64,000 nucleotides of DNA from Clostridia bacterium (GCA_017500855.1 JAFVYC010000003.1:2144-66143); one strand, 5' to 3'; shown: positions 14,490-24,543, counted from the first letter of the stretch. The notes: generated by a model from the sequence alone, not told the origin. A program made the numbers and translations.

Positions 14490-17096
14490 CTACTTTGCAG
14501 GAGCAAGTTGACCTGTTTGCGCATCGTAGGTCCAGAAGTCTGCGCCTGTGTTTTGTTCGCCAACAAACAGTTCGCCAAGTTCAGCGCCAACGCTTTCGCC
14601 AAGGTTTTGGCGTGGGCTGTTTTCCAAAACGGGCGCTGCAGGTTCGTTCCAAAGTTGACCGTAGATGAGGTCGGCGTTGGAGCGGTAGTTGCTTTGCAAA
14701 ACTGTGTTCTTGATGAGAACGCCATCTTCCGCAGCAACGCCACCATAGTAGCCGAATGCATCGTTGGTTGCGCCCGGGGTTGCGCTGACGCTCATTTTGA
14801 GAACAACAAAGTTTGTGTGAAGTTTGGATTGACCATCAATTGCGCCAATCAAACCACCGAATGCCACCATGTTCTTGTTGATTTCCACGTTGATTTGGCA
14901 GTTTTCCACCGTCATCACGGGGCTACCGTCCGATTGACCAACAAAGCCACCGTTGCGTTCGTCGGAAGCACCCGTTGCATCAGTCATGTAGCCAAGAATG
15001 GATTTGCTGATGGAAATTGTGCTACTGCCAAGCGCACCGCCACTGAAGCCACCGGAACGGCTTACTTTGCTACCGGTTTGAACAAATTGCGCTTGAACAG
15101 CGGAAACTTGCAAAACTGCCTTACCGTCCACAGCGCCACAAATGCCACCGAAGTAGGTGCAGTTGTCGCAACTGATAGCAAATACCGTGCCGTGGGTGTT
15201 GGAAATTGTCACTTGTGGGCCGTTGACTCTACCAAACAAACCACCAACGTTGTTGAGTTCGCTTGCGTTTGCTTGAACAAGGCCTACGCTTTCTTCAACG
15301 GAAATTACCATGTTGCTAGAATCGGCATAGCCAATCAAACCGCCAATGTAGTTGCTGTCAGCTTCGGAAATGCTGATTACGCTTGTGCAAGAAACAATTG
15401 AGATTTTGCTGTTGTAGTTTGCAAGACCAATCAAACCACCAACACGTTCGCCCGTGTAGCCAACAATCTTCATATTTACGTCGCAGTACTCAAAAGTGAT
15501 GTCGCAACTTGCGCCCTTGATCCAACCAACAAGGCCAACCTTGTTGCTTTCGCCTTGTACCTTGAGGTTGACAACGTCCACGTTGGAAACTTGGATTACA
15601 TTGTTTGCAGGTTCGTCGTTAGAACCAAACAACAAACCAACGTTTTCCGCATTTGCTGTGATTGTTGCGTTAACAAAGGTCACGTCCTTGAACACGGCAG
15701 GTGTGCGAGCAGTTTTGAACAAGCCTGCGTTTGTTTCGGATGCAACAATGTTCAAGTTGAAGATGTAGTAGCCTGCGCCGTCGAATGTGTGACGGTAGCC
15801 GGAAAGGGTTGGAGCGTACTCTTCGCCACCGGCATCGATGTTTGCGCCAAGCACAATGTCTTGGTCAACCTTCAACGCTTCCTTCAGTTCTGCCCAAGTT
15901 GTGATTGCGCCTGTTTCTGGAAGAACGTAGAAGTCTTCTGCCGTCCATTGCAATGCAAGAACGTCGGTTGTTTGTGTTGTTGTTGCAATTTCGCCCTTTT
16001 CCACAATTACGTACTGCATTTGTGTGATGCTTTGGCTTGCAACGGGAAGAAGAACCATGTTGTCGCCTTGGCTAACTTCCACGGAAATTGCGTTTTCGTG
16101 GTTGATGATTTGGCTACGGCTGTAGTTGCCATCGCCCATCACGAAGTACAAAACGCCGTCGATTGGGGAAGCGATTGTTGCAATGGAGTTTGCAGGGCTT
16201 TCCACAACAACGTGTCCTTGCGCAAGTTCCGCTTGTGCTTGCAATTCGGCAGGTTTTGTGTCGAAATCCAAAACGGTAACTGTGATGCTGTCGGTAAAAC
16301 CACCGTCTTCCGTAGTCACGGTGATTGTTGCCGTGCCCCTGCCAACTGCAGTAACAATGCCACCACCGTTTACCGTTGCAACGTTGTCGTCGCTACTTGC
16401 CCAAGAAAGATTTTTGTTGGATGCATTGCTTGGGAACACGTTTGCCGAAAGAATGAGTGTTTTGCCTGCATAGAGTTGGGCGTCGTCTTGTTCAATTTCC
16501 ACGCCACCAACAGGCATCAAAACGGAAACGGTACAGTTTGCCGTGTGGCCACCGTCTGCCGTTGTGACTGTGATAACTGCCGAGCCCTTGCCCGTTGCAG
16601 TCACAAGTCCGTCCACAACCGTTGCAACGCTTTCGTTGGAAGAAGACCAAGAAATTGCAGGGTTGGATGCTCCGTCGGGGCTGACTGTTGCCGTCAGTTG
16701 AAAACTTTCGCCGTAGTTGATTACCTTTTGTGTTTGGTCAAGAAGCACTCCGCCAACGGGAAGCAAAACTTCAACGTTGCAGGTTGCGGAAAGTTCCGTT
16801 TCGGCAATGGCAACGGTGATTGTTGCAGTACCTTTGCCCATTGCTGTCACTTTGCCGTTTTCCACCTTGGCAACTGCTTCGTTGCTACTGCTCCATTGCA
16901 AAACGGAGTGTTCCACAGCCTTGTCTGGAAGCACAGTTGCAGAAAGCGTGATGCTTTCGCCAACGTTGAGTGTTGCCGAAGTTTTGTCCAACGTTACCGA
17001 TTCGGCAGGCGTTTGGCAAGCGCAAAGCAAAGCCAACGACAAGCACATCACGGCAACAAGCGTCAGAACAACAATTTTGTTTGTTTTTGTACTCAT
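14490..17096 (-). CDS. cell-surface protein: signal/TM, three Big_2 domains, C-terminal GLUG-motif repeat region
   Basis: Start is ATG 17096 (AAGGAGGA SD): MSTKTNKIVVLTLVAVMCLSLALLCAC. Three Big_2-like units (...GKGTATITV, GKGSAVITVTT, GRGTATITVTT). Repeated GGLIG/GGLFG/GGICG/GGFVG motifs typical of GLUG repeats. Confidence 0.8.
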   Translation of the reverse strand: MSTKTNKIVVLTLVAVMCLSLALLCACQTPAESVTLDKTSATLNVGESITLSATVLPDKAVEHSVLQWSSSNEAVAKVENGKVTAMGKGTATITVAIAETELSATCNVEVLLPVGGVLLDQTQKVINYGESFQLTATVSPDGASNPAISWSSSNESVATVVDGLVTATGKGSAVITVTTADGGHTANCTVSVLMPVGGVEIEQDDAQLYAGKTLILSANVFPSNASNKNLSWASSDDNVATVNGGGIVTAVGRGTATITVTTEDGGFTDSITVTVLDFDTKPAELQAQAELAQGHVVVESPANSIATIASPIDGVLYFVMGDGNYSRSQIINHENAISVEVSQGDNMVLLPVASQSITQMQYVIVEKGEIATTTQTTDVLALQWTAEDFYVLPETGAITTWAELKEALKVDQDIVLGANIDAGGEEYAPTLSGYRHTFDGAGYYIFNLNIVASETNAGLFKTARTPAVFKDVTFVNATITANAENVGLLFGSNDEPANNVIQVSNVDVVNLKVQGESNKVGLVGWIKGASCDITFEYCDVNMKIVGYTGERVGGLIGLANYNSKISIVSCTSVISISEADSNYIGGLIGYADSSNMVISVEESVGLVQANASELNNVGGLFGRVNGPQVTISNTHGTVFAISCDNCTYFGGICGAVDGKAVLQVSAVQAQFVQTGSKVSRSGGFSGGALGSSTISISKSILGYMTDATGASDERNGGFVGQSDGSPVMTVENCQINVEINKNMVAFGGLIGAIDGQSKLHTNFVVLKMSVSATPGATNDAFGYYGGVAAEDGVLIKNTVLQSNYRSNADLIYGQLWNEPAAPVLENSPRQNLGESVGAELGELFVGEQNTGADFWTYDAQTGQLAPAK

Positions 17097-17382
17097 TTTT
17101 TCCTCCTTGTAGTGTGTGACAAAGCGCACTTTGCCACCAAAATTTTATTTTTATATACTAATTGTATAATCTTTTTTCTTTCACTTCAATATACAATTTA
17201 TAATAAAATATAATTTATATACCTTTTGAAAAATGTTCTACTTTTGCCACCATTTGCAAAACAGGCTACTTGAAAAGAATGGAATGATGCTATATAATAA
17301 ATATAATCAGTATTATGTTGTTGCTGAGGATGCACATTGAACAATTTTTTGAATAGCGAGTGCGCTCGCAAAGGAGAAAAAC

Positions 17383-19077
17383 ATGAAAAAATCACTACTT
17401 TGTTTCTTGGCAGTTGTGTGCCTTGTTGCAATGTTTGCCACAACGCTTGTTGCGTGCAAACCGGATAACCAAGACCCACCAACTCCACCAGAACCCGAAA
17501 AGATTGCTGTCACAGGTGTTTCGCTGGACAAAACTGCTGTGAGCTTGCTTGTTAACGAAACAGCGCAACTCAAAGCAACCGTTGCGCCTGCCGATGCAGA
17601 CAACAAGCGTGTTACTTGGACCAGTTCCGACAACAACGTTGCCGAAGTTTCCGTTACAGGCGTTGTAACAGCAAAGGCAAACGGCACTGCAACCATCACT
17701 GCAAAGACAACCGACGGTGGCTTTACTGCAACTTGCACGGTTACAGTTAGCAGTATTGAAGTTACAGGTATCGATATCAGCGCAACAAGCGCAAGTTTGA
17801 ACCTTGGCGAACAACTTGTTTTGGCTGTTGAACTTCTTCCCGAAAACGCATCCAACAAAAACGTTATGTGGACAACTTCCAACGAAAGCGTTGCAATTGT
17901 TAACAACGGCGTTGTTACAGCGTTGAAAGCAGGCGAAGCAGTTATCACAGCAACAACAGTCAGTGGCAACCTCCGTGCAAACTGCACAGTGACAGTTAGC
18001 GGACAAGGCATTGACTACAGCACCTACACACACATCAAAACTGTGGAAGACTACAAAAAGATTGTTCCCGGCAACGGCAAGTACTGCTTGGACAACGACA
18101 TTGACTTTGGTGGCGAAGACGTTGGTTGCATCGGCAACAGCGGGGACTACACAAAAGTTAACTTCACAGGCGTGTTCGACGGCAGAGGCTACTCCATCAA
18201 GAATGCATACTTTGTGAGCAACGGCAAGGACACCGAAACTGGCGAAAACAACAACTCCGACTGCGCAATGTTCTGGAAAGTCAACGCAGGTGGCGCTGTT
18301 AGAAACGTAAACTTTGTAGACTGTGTTTCCGAAGGTCTTGTGTACAACGCAATCGTTGCAGTTTGGGTAGAAGGTGGCACAATTGAAAACTGCTACATCC
18401 AAGGCCACGTTGCAAACAACAACGACTACTGGGATGGTTGGACACTTGGCGGTATGATTGCTTGCGTTATCAAAGTTGAAAACGGCGTTCCTGCAAGAAT
18501 CCGCAACTGCATTGTGTACGGCACAAGCGCAGGCATCACCTACGGTTTGGTTGGCTCCAACTACACCGAAAGCCCAACACACCGTGCTGTTGAAAACTGC
18601 TACATGATCACAGCAATGGACGGCACACCAATGAACATGGTGGGCGACATCTCCGCAGAATGGAGCGGTGGCGCACAACCTGCTTTCGACTGCTACTCCA
18701 TCACAGCAGAAGAAGCGCTCGTTGCCGACACGTTCAAAGTTCTCAACCCCTACTACTGGGTAGTTGAAGACGGCAGAGTTCCCTACCTTCGCACAGAAGA
18801 AGGCATTGTTCGTGACCACCAAGGCTACGAATTGAAAATTATTGTTATCGTTGATGCAACAAAAGAAATTTCCTTGGGTTCCGGCCAAAAGAAACTTTCC
18901 GTAGAATTCAAACCTGCAGGACAAGAAGTTTCCTTGAATTGGGCAAGCAGTGACGAAACCGTTGTTAAAGTAGACAACGCAGGCATCCTCACACCTGTTT
19001 CCACAGGCACGGCAACAATCACCATCACAACAAGCGATGGCTACACCGCTACTTGCATTGTTACTGTTGTAGACTAG
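17383..19077 (+). CDS. surface lipoprotein with two N-terminal and one C-terminal Big_2 domains around an unassigned central domain
   Basis: AAGGAG SD. MKKSLLCFLAVVCLVAMFATTLVAC is a lipobox. Big_2-like units: VSLDKTAVSLLVNETAQLKATV...NGTATITAKTTDGGFTATCTV and two more. Confidence 0.85.
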   Translation: MKKSLLCFLAVVCLVAMFATTLVACKPDNQDPPTPPEPEKIAVTGVSLDKTAVSLLVNETAQLKATVAPADADNKRVTWTSSDNNVAEVSVTGVVTAKANGTATITAKTTDGGFTATCTVTVSSIEVTGIDISATSASLNLGEQLVLAVELLPENASNKNVMWTTSNESVAIVNNGVVTALKAGEAVITATTVSGNLRANCTVTVSGQGIDYSTYTHIKTVEDYKKIVPGNGKYCLDNDIDFGGEDVGCIGNSGDYTKVNFTGVFDGRGYSIKNAYFVSNGKDTETGENNNSDCAMFWKVNAGGAVRNVNFVDCVSEGLVYNAIVAVWVEGGTIENCYIQGHVANNNDYWDGWTLGGMIACVIKVENGVPARIRNCIVYGTSAGITYGLVGSNYTESPTHRAVENCYMITAMDGTPMNMVGDISAEWSGGAQPAFDCYSITAEEALVADTFKVLNPYYWVVEDGRVPYLRTEEGIVRDHQGYELKIIVIVDATKEISLGSGQKKLSVEFKPAGQEVSLNWASSDETVVKVDNAGILTPVSTGTATITITTSDGYTATCIVTVVD

Positions 19078-19178
19078 AACAAGGCTAGTTGCAACGGTAT
19101 AGCATCACACAAACATTCGGCTGTTGCAAAACGGTACGTCCGCATTGTGACAGCCGATTTTTTCCAGAGAGGACCAAA

Positions 19179-22055
19179 ATGAAACAACTAATCAAAAACA
19201 ACAAAGGGGCAGTTGTGGCAATGGCAATCATCCTTGCCATCACAATTGCAGTCAACGTTGCAGCAGGATTGTTTGCCGACGTCATCACCAACTTTTTGTT
19301 TGGTTGGGGCGTTAGTTTCGACGGCGAAGAATTTGAAAAAACTGCTGCCGAAAGCGACAAACTTTGCGAAGAAATTGCCGGCGAAGGCATTGTTATGTTG
19401 GAAAACAACGGCGCTTTGCCACTTGCTTCGGCAGGCAACGTCAACGTGTTTGGCTGGGGCGCAACGGACGGCGGATTTGTTATGTCCGGCAGTGGCTCGG
19501 GCAACTCCGTTGGCACACAAAAAACAACTTTGCTACAAAGTTTGGAACAATCCGGCTTCACGGTCAACCAAGAAATCATTTCCGCACTGACCAACTTCCA
19601 AAGCAAGCGTGAAGGCTCGTCCTTGGGCAGTACCGAAGAAGTGTTCTACCGCATGTACGAACTTTCTGCCGAAACCTACAACGGGCTTTTGGACAACGCA
19701 TTGGCGTTTTCCGACACGGCAATCGTGGTTATTTCCCGCCTTGGTGGCGAAGGCCGTGACCTTCCCTTCAAGCAATACAAGCGCACCGACAAGGGCAATT
19801 CCACCGATGCAAATCGCACCTACTTGCAACTGACAACGGAAGAAGAGGACATGTTGTACCTTGTTTCCAACGCAGGATTCCAAAACGTAATTTTGCTCAT
19901 CAACTCCTGCAACGTGATGGAACTTGGGTTCATCGAGTACTACCCCGGCATTGACAGCGTGCTTACCATTGGCGCACTTGGCATCAACGGCGCAAAGGCT
20001 GTTGGCAAAATGCTGAAAGGGGAAATTCTTCCATCCGGCAAAACGGTAGACACCTACGCCTACAGCATGATGGACGACCCCACCTACGCAAATGCGGCAA
20101 GCAAGGGCGTGACAAACTACTCCAACGGTGGCAAGTACATCGACTACGTGGAAGACATCTACGTTGGCTACAGGTACTACGAAACGGCTGCTCACGAAGG
20201 TTTCATCGACTACGACAATGCCGTTCAGTACCCATTCGGCTACGGACTTACCTACACTTCCTTCGAGTGGGAAGTGACGCAAACAATTCCGTCGGCAGGC
20301 GCAACGCTTGAAAAAGGCCAAGACATCACCGTGAAAGTGATGGTAACAAACGTTGGCCAACAAAGCGGGCAGGACGTTGTTCAACTGTACTACACGGCGC
20401 CCTACGTAAACGGTGAAGTGGAAAAAGCCTACGTAAACTTGTGCGCTTTTGCCAAAACCGAAGTGTTGAAACCCGGTCAAAGCCAAGAATTGACCTTGAA
20501 ATTCAACTTGTTCGACATGGCAAGCTACGACTGCTACGACAAAAACAACAACGGTAGCGCAACCTACGAACTTGATGCAGGCAACTACGAAATCAAGCTT
20601 CAAACCGACTCGCACACAGTCAAACGTTGCGAAAACGCCGTTATCAACTACACCGTTAGCCAAGATATCATCTACGACACCGACCCCGTGACGGGCGAAA
20701 AGGTGGAAAACCGCTTCACAGGCGCAAATGCCTACGGTGGCGTGGCAATAGACGGCTCAACAAGCAATGCAAACATCGTGTACCTTTCCCGTGCCGACTT
20801 TGCAGGAACGTTCCCCTACGCAAAGGCTGCATCCCGAAGCAAGGGCTACACCATTGGCGCCAACTGGTACGACAAAAATGCCACGGTTGACCAAACAGTT
20901 CCCGGGCAAGGCATTGCAAGTGGGCTTCTGCTAACTTCCAACAACACCATCAACGACGAATTGATGCGTTCGCTTGGCTCCGACTACGACAATCCGCTGT
21001 GGGATGACCTTGTGAGCCAAATGTCCACCAAGGACTTGGAACGCTTGATTCAAGAAGGCGGCTACCGCACGGCAAAAATCGACAGCATTGGCAAACCACT
21101 TTGCTACGACTTCGACGGTCCAAGCGGATTGAACACCAACAACTCCTCCATGTCCTCAACAAAATGGACGGCTTTCCCATCGGAAACAACAATTGCTTCC
21201 ACTTGGAACACATGGCTTAGCTACACCTTCGGTTTGGCTGTGGGCAAGGAAGCAAGCGACACGGGCGTTTCCGGTTGGTATGCGCCTGCTGTCAACATCC
21301 ACCGTTCTCCGTTTGGCGGACGCAACTACGAGTACTACAGCGAAGACCCAATGCTCAGTGGCATCATGGGTGCGGAAACTGTGAAAGGCGCAATGACAAA
21401 CGGCTTGTACTGCTACGTGAAGCACTTTATCGTCAACGAAACGGAAACGGACCGTGGCGGATTGAACACCTGGCTGACCGAGCAAGCGCTCAGGGAAATT
21501 TACTTGCGCCCATTTGAAATTTGCGTGAAGCAAGGCAAGGCAAACGCCATCATGACTTCCTTCAACAACCTTGGCGCAATTTGGACGGGTGGTAACAAAG
21601 CGTTGATGACGGACATTCTTCGCACCGAATGGGGATTCCGTGGTTCCACAGTTACCGACTACGCCGACGGCACAAGCGACGGTTGGATGAACTACAACCA
21701 AGGCTTGCGTGCCGGCCAAGATTTGTGGCTTGCAGGTGCGTACCCCGGTGGTATCTACATGAACATTTCCATGTCGTCCAACACCGACATGTACTACGTG
21801 CGCCAAGCATGCAAAAACATTTTGTACACCTACGCCAACACCTACTACGTTGCTGTGACAACGGACGTAGACTCCGACAGATTTGGCGGAACAATTGGCT
21901 ACAAAGGTCAAGAAGAAAACTCCTACTGGGCTGTGACGCTCATTTTGGTGGCAATTGACATTGTTGCGCTTGGTGGCATTGCGTTGTGGGTGCTGAAACT
22001 CATCAAAAAAGGTCAAATTGCAACAAAAGTTAGCGAGGTGAACGATGACAACTAG
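19179..22055 (+). CDS. glycoside hydrolase family 3, paralog of 10466-13459, also with N- and C-terminal TM helices
   Basis: Start is ATG 19179 (MKQLIKNNKGAVVAMAIILAITIAVNV). Shares blocks with the paralog, e.g. VVQLYYTAPYVNGEVEKAYVNLCAFAKT and VNIHRSPFGGRNYEYYSEDPML. C-terminus WAVTLILVAIDIVALGGIALWVL. Confidence 0.9.
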   Translation: MKQLIKNNKGAVVAMAIILAITIAVNVAAGLFADVITNFLFGWGVSFDGEEFEKTAAESDKLCEEIAGEGIVMLENNGALPLASAGNVNVFGWGATDGGFVMSGSGSGNSVGTQKTTLLQSLEQSGFTVNQEIISALTNFQSKREGSSLGSTEEVFYRMYELSAETYNGLLDNALAFSDTAIVVISRLGGEGRDLPFKQYKRTDKGNSTDANRTYLQLTTEEEDMLYLVSNAGFQNVILLINSCNVMELGFIEYYPGIDSVLTIGALGINGAKAVGKMLKGEILPSGKTVDTYAYSMMDDPTYANAASKGVTNYSNGGKYIDYVEDIYVGYRYYETAAHEGFIDYDNAVQYPFGYGLTYTSFEWEVTQTIPSAGATLEKGQDITVKVMVTNVGQQSGQDVVQLYYTAPYVNGEVEKAYVNLCAFAKTEVLKPGQSQELTLKFNLFDMASYDCYDKNNNGSATYELDAGNYEIKLQTDSHTVKRCENAVINYTVSQDIIYDTDPVTGEKVENRFTGANAYGGVAIDGSTSNANIVYLSRADFAGTFPYAKAASRSKGYTIGANWYDKNATVDQTVPGQGIASGLLLTSNNTINDELMRSLGSDYDNPLWDDLVSQMSTKDLERLIQEGGYRTAKIDSIGKPLCYDFDGPSGLNTNNSSMSSTKWTAFPSETTIASTWNTWLSYTFGLAVGKEASDTGVSGWYAPAVNIHRSPFGGRNYEYYSEDPMLSGIMGAETVKGAMTNGLYCYVKHFIVNETETDRGGLNTWLTEQALREIYLRPFEICVKQGKANAIMTSFNNLGAIWTGGNKALMTDILRTEWGFRGSTVTDYADGTSDGWMNYNQGLRAGQDLWLAGAYPGGIYMNISMSSNTDMYYVRQACKNILYTYANTYYVAVTTDVDSDRFGGTIGYKGQEENSYWAVTLILVAIDIVALGGIALWVLKLIKKGQIATKVSEVNDDN

Positions 22056-22989
22056 TTTTTCTGCGCAAAAAGCCTTTGCGCTACTTTTGGTGGCTGTGTT
22101 GGCAACGGCAATGCTTCTTGTTGGATGCACGCCACCAACACCACCAACACCACCCGAACCGGAACCACCCAACACAATTTGCTCCGACGGGTTCGACACA
22201 CAGTACTGCTCCTTCTACGACTGTTTTGACGGAACGGAAGTGGATCGCACCAAGTGGGACTTCCAGTACGGCGACGGCTCCATGTACGGCAACCCCGGTT
22301 GGGGCAACAACGAACAGCAGTACTACCGTGAAGAAAACGCCTACGTGCAGGACGGTTGCTTGCACATTGTTGCGCAAAAGGAACAATTCGACAACAAGCC
22401 CTACACTTCCAGCAAGCTTGTGACAAAGGGGTTGTTCAGCCAAGCCTACGGCCGTTTTGAAGCACGCATTCGCCTGACAAAAGTTGCGCAAGGTTTGTGG
22501 CCGGCATTTTGGATGATGCCACAAGACAGTGTGTACGGCGGTTGGCCCTACTCCGGCGAAATTGACATCATGGAACTGAAGGGCCGTTTCCCCAACCAAA
22601 GCAGTTCGGCAATTCACTTTGGTGGCAAACCCCACACCTACAAGTACGGCGAAATTCAATTTGAAAACGACGCCGACTACACGGAATTCCACCTGTACAG
22701 CGTGGATTGGACGGAAGAAGAAATCTACTTCTCGGTGGATGGCGTTGTGTTTGCGCACTTCACCAAAGATCAATGGTGGTCTAACCGTGCCATGGACGAC
22801 GACAACGCACCTTTCGACCAAGAGTTCTACATGATTTTGAACTTTGCCATTGGTGGAAATTTCGACGGCGGACGTGTGCCACCGGATGAGATTTTCCCTG
22901 TGGAACTTGTGATTGACTACGTGCGTGTGTACCCGTTGGAAAACATTCCATTGGTGGATGGCGCCGAGCAAGAAACACCACAACAATAA
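22045..22989 (+). CDS. glycoside hydrolase family 16 (laminarinase/licheninase type) lipoprotein
   Basis: ATG 22045 overlaps the GH3 stop by 11 nt. LLVAVLATAMLLVGC is a lipobox. GH16 blocks: GWGNNEQQYY, WPAFWMMP, GEIDIMEL (ExDxxE catalytic motif). Confidence 0.9.
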   Translation: MTTSFSAQKAFALLLVAVLATAMLLVGCTPPTPPTPPEPEPPNTICSDGFDTQYCSFYDCFDGTEVDRTKWDFQYGDGSMYGNPGWGNNEQQYYREENAYVQDGCLHIVAQKEQFDNKPYTSSKLVTKGLFSQAYGRFEARIRLTKVAQGLWPAFWMMPQDSVYGGWPYSGEIDIMELKGRFPNQSSSAIHFGGKPHTYKYGEIQFENDADYTEFHLYSVDWTEEEIYFSVDGVVFAHFTKDQWWSNRAMDDDNAPFDQEFYMILNFAIGGNFDGGRVPPDEIFPVELVIDYVRVYPLENIPLVDGAEQETPQQ

Positions 22990-23060
22990 TTCGGCACGTT
23001 GTGCCCGAACAAATCGGCAAAACCTCCTTTATATAATTCTTTTCTTTGCATTTGCCGAGC

Positions 23061-23096
23061 AAAACCCCCACCACGTGTGGGGGTTTTGTGTTTTTT
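23061..23096 (+). terminator. intrinsic terminator of the GH3-GH16 unit, built from a GC-hairpin repeat copy
   Basis: AAAACCCCCA-CCACGTG-TGGGGGTTTT followed by a T-rich tail. Confidence 0.75.
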
Positions 23097-23293
23097 GATG
23101 GGCAAAACCTTGACGGAAACGCACGAAAAACGCAAGCATAGTGTTTGTTAATGTAGGGAACACCGTTTTCAGCACCCCGTCTTTTTTTTGCACCACGTAC
23201 CTTGCTTTTTTGTTTGTGCGTGTTGTTTTGATTGTCGTTCCCGAACGTTTCGGGCAGGGGAAGAATGTCGGATGATTGACAAAACAATGTTTT

Positions 23294-23563
23294 CGGACCG
23301 TCGGGGACGCCGGTCCCTACAAGGGCAACAAGTTGCTTGTTGAAAAAACAAATATAATCCGTCAACCTGCTTGTTTGTTCAAACCGAATTGTTTTGCAAG
23401 AGCAACAACAATCATATTAAAAAATATATATATCGCCCATGAAATGAAATATAAACAACCCACAAAATGAAATATCATCTCTCCACAAAGTCGAACACAA
23501 TTTACATTTTTTGTACAACTCAAATCTACAATAAATGTAGGGACCGGCGTCCCCGACGGTCCG
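23294..23563. repeat. 28-nt perfect inverted repeats flanking a 214-nt AT-rich core (REPIN/MITE-like unit)
   Basis: Left arm CGGACCGTCGGGGACGCCGGTCCCTACA (23294-23321) is the exact reverse complement of the right arm TGTAGGGACCGGCGTCCCCGACGGTCCG (23536-23563). Each arm is itself partly palindromic (GGACCG...CGGTCC). Confidence 0.7.
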
Positions 23564-23574
23564 CCCCTTGCGTA

Positions 23575-23614
23575 CAAATTCCACCAAACGCTTGGTCGGC
23601 ACACTTTGGTCGGA
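23575..23614 (+). repeat. repeat unit CAAATTCCACCAAACGCTTGGTCGG-CACACTTTGGTCGG (copy 1 of 3)
   Basis: Near-identical to 24593-24632; the first 25 nt also match 24821-24845. Confidence 0.7.
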
Positions 23615-23626
23615 GTTGCAAACCGG

Positions 23627-23655
23627 TTGCCTTTTGCACGGCGTTGTGCTATAAT
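23627..23655 (+). promoter_or_regulatory. sigma-A-type promoter of gene 23687
   Basis: TTGCCT (23627-23632), 17 nt, TATAAT (23650-23655), 31 nt before the ATG. Confidence 0.5.
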
Positions 23656-23686
23656 GTTGCTGTATTTCACAAAAGGACAAAGAAGA

Positions 23687-24538
23687 ATGAAAAACAACAG
23701 AATTGCCAGCATTGTCTACGTGCTTGTTGCCTACGTTGTGGCAACAGTGGTTGGCGTGCTTGTGTACAAAAAATTGAGTTTCCCCATTGCGTACAGTTTG
23801 CTTGTTGCAGACGTTGTTGCCACAATTGTGGTGTTTGCATTCGGTTGCATTGTTGGCAACGCATCCGTCTACGACCCCTACTGGAGCGTTCAACCGTTGA
23901 TCATTGGCGTTGCAATGTTTTCTACCTACGGCATTTCGCCCTTGTCGCTGTTGATGTTTGCAGTAGTTTTTGTGTGGGGCGTGCGCCTGACGGGAAATTG
24001 GCTACACGAATTTCACGACCTTACCTACCAAGATTGGCGCTACACCATGCTTGCGCAAAAAACAAAGTTTTTCTACCCCGTGGTCAACTTTTTGGGCATT
24101 CACCTTGTTCCTACGCTTGTTGTGTGGGGTTGCGTGTTGCCGTTGGTGGATGCAATTGTTTACCGTTTGGAACTAAACGTGTTCAGCGTGGTTTTTGTTG
24201 TGCTTGGCTTGGGCGCAGTTGCGTTGCAAACTGTTGCCGACGTGCAAATGCACAAATTCCGCAAAAACCGCACTTCCACCTTTATGCGACAAGGCTTGTG
24301 GAAGTACAGCCGTCACCCAAACTACCTTGGCGAAATTTGCCTGTGGTGGTGCATGGCGTTGGCGTGTGTTTGCGCCCACCCATCCATGTGGTACCTGTGC
24401 GCAGGCGCCCTTGCAAACACAATGTTGTTTGCCTTTGTAAGCATTCCAATGGCAGATGGCAGGCAAAGCAAAAAGCCCGGTTGGGATTCGTACAAAAAGC
24501 AAACACGAGCATTGTTGCCCATCTACAAAAAGCAGTAG
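23687..24538 (+). CDS. DUF1295 / steroid 5-alpha-reductase-like polytopic membrane protein
   Basis: Start is ATG 23687 (MKNNRIASIVYVLVAYVV). Multiple TM helices; C-terminal motif WKYSRHPNYLGEICLWW is typical of the family. Confidence 0.75.
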   Translation: MKNNRIASIVYVLVAYVVATVVGVLVYKKLSFPIAYSLLVADVVATIVVFAFGCIVGNASVYDPYWSVQPLIIGVAMFSTYGISPLSLLMFAVVFVWGVRLTGNWLHEFHDLTYQDWRYTMLAQKTKFFYPVVNFLGIHLVPTLVVWGCVLPLVDAIVYRLELNVFSVVFVVLGLGAVALQTVADVQMHKFRKNRTSTFMRQGLWKYSRHPNYLGEICLWWCMALACVCAHPSMWYLCAGALANTMLFAFVSIPMADGRQSKKPGWDSYKKQTRALLPIYKKQ

Positions 24539-24543
24539 AACAC

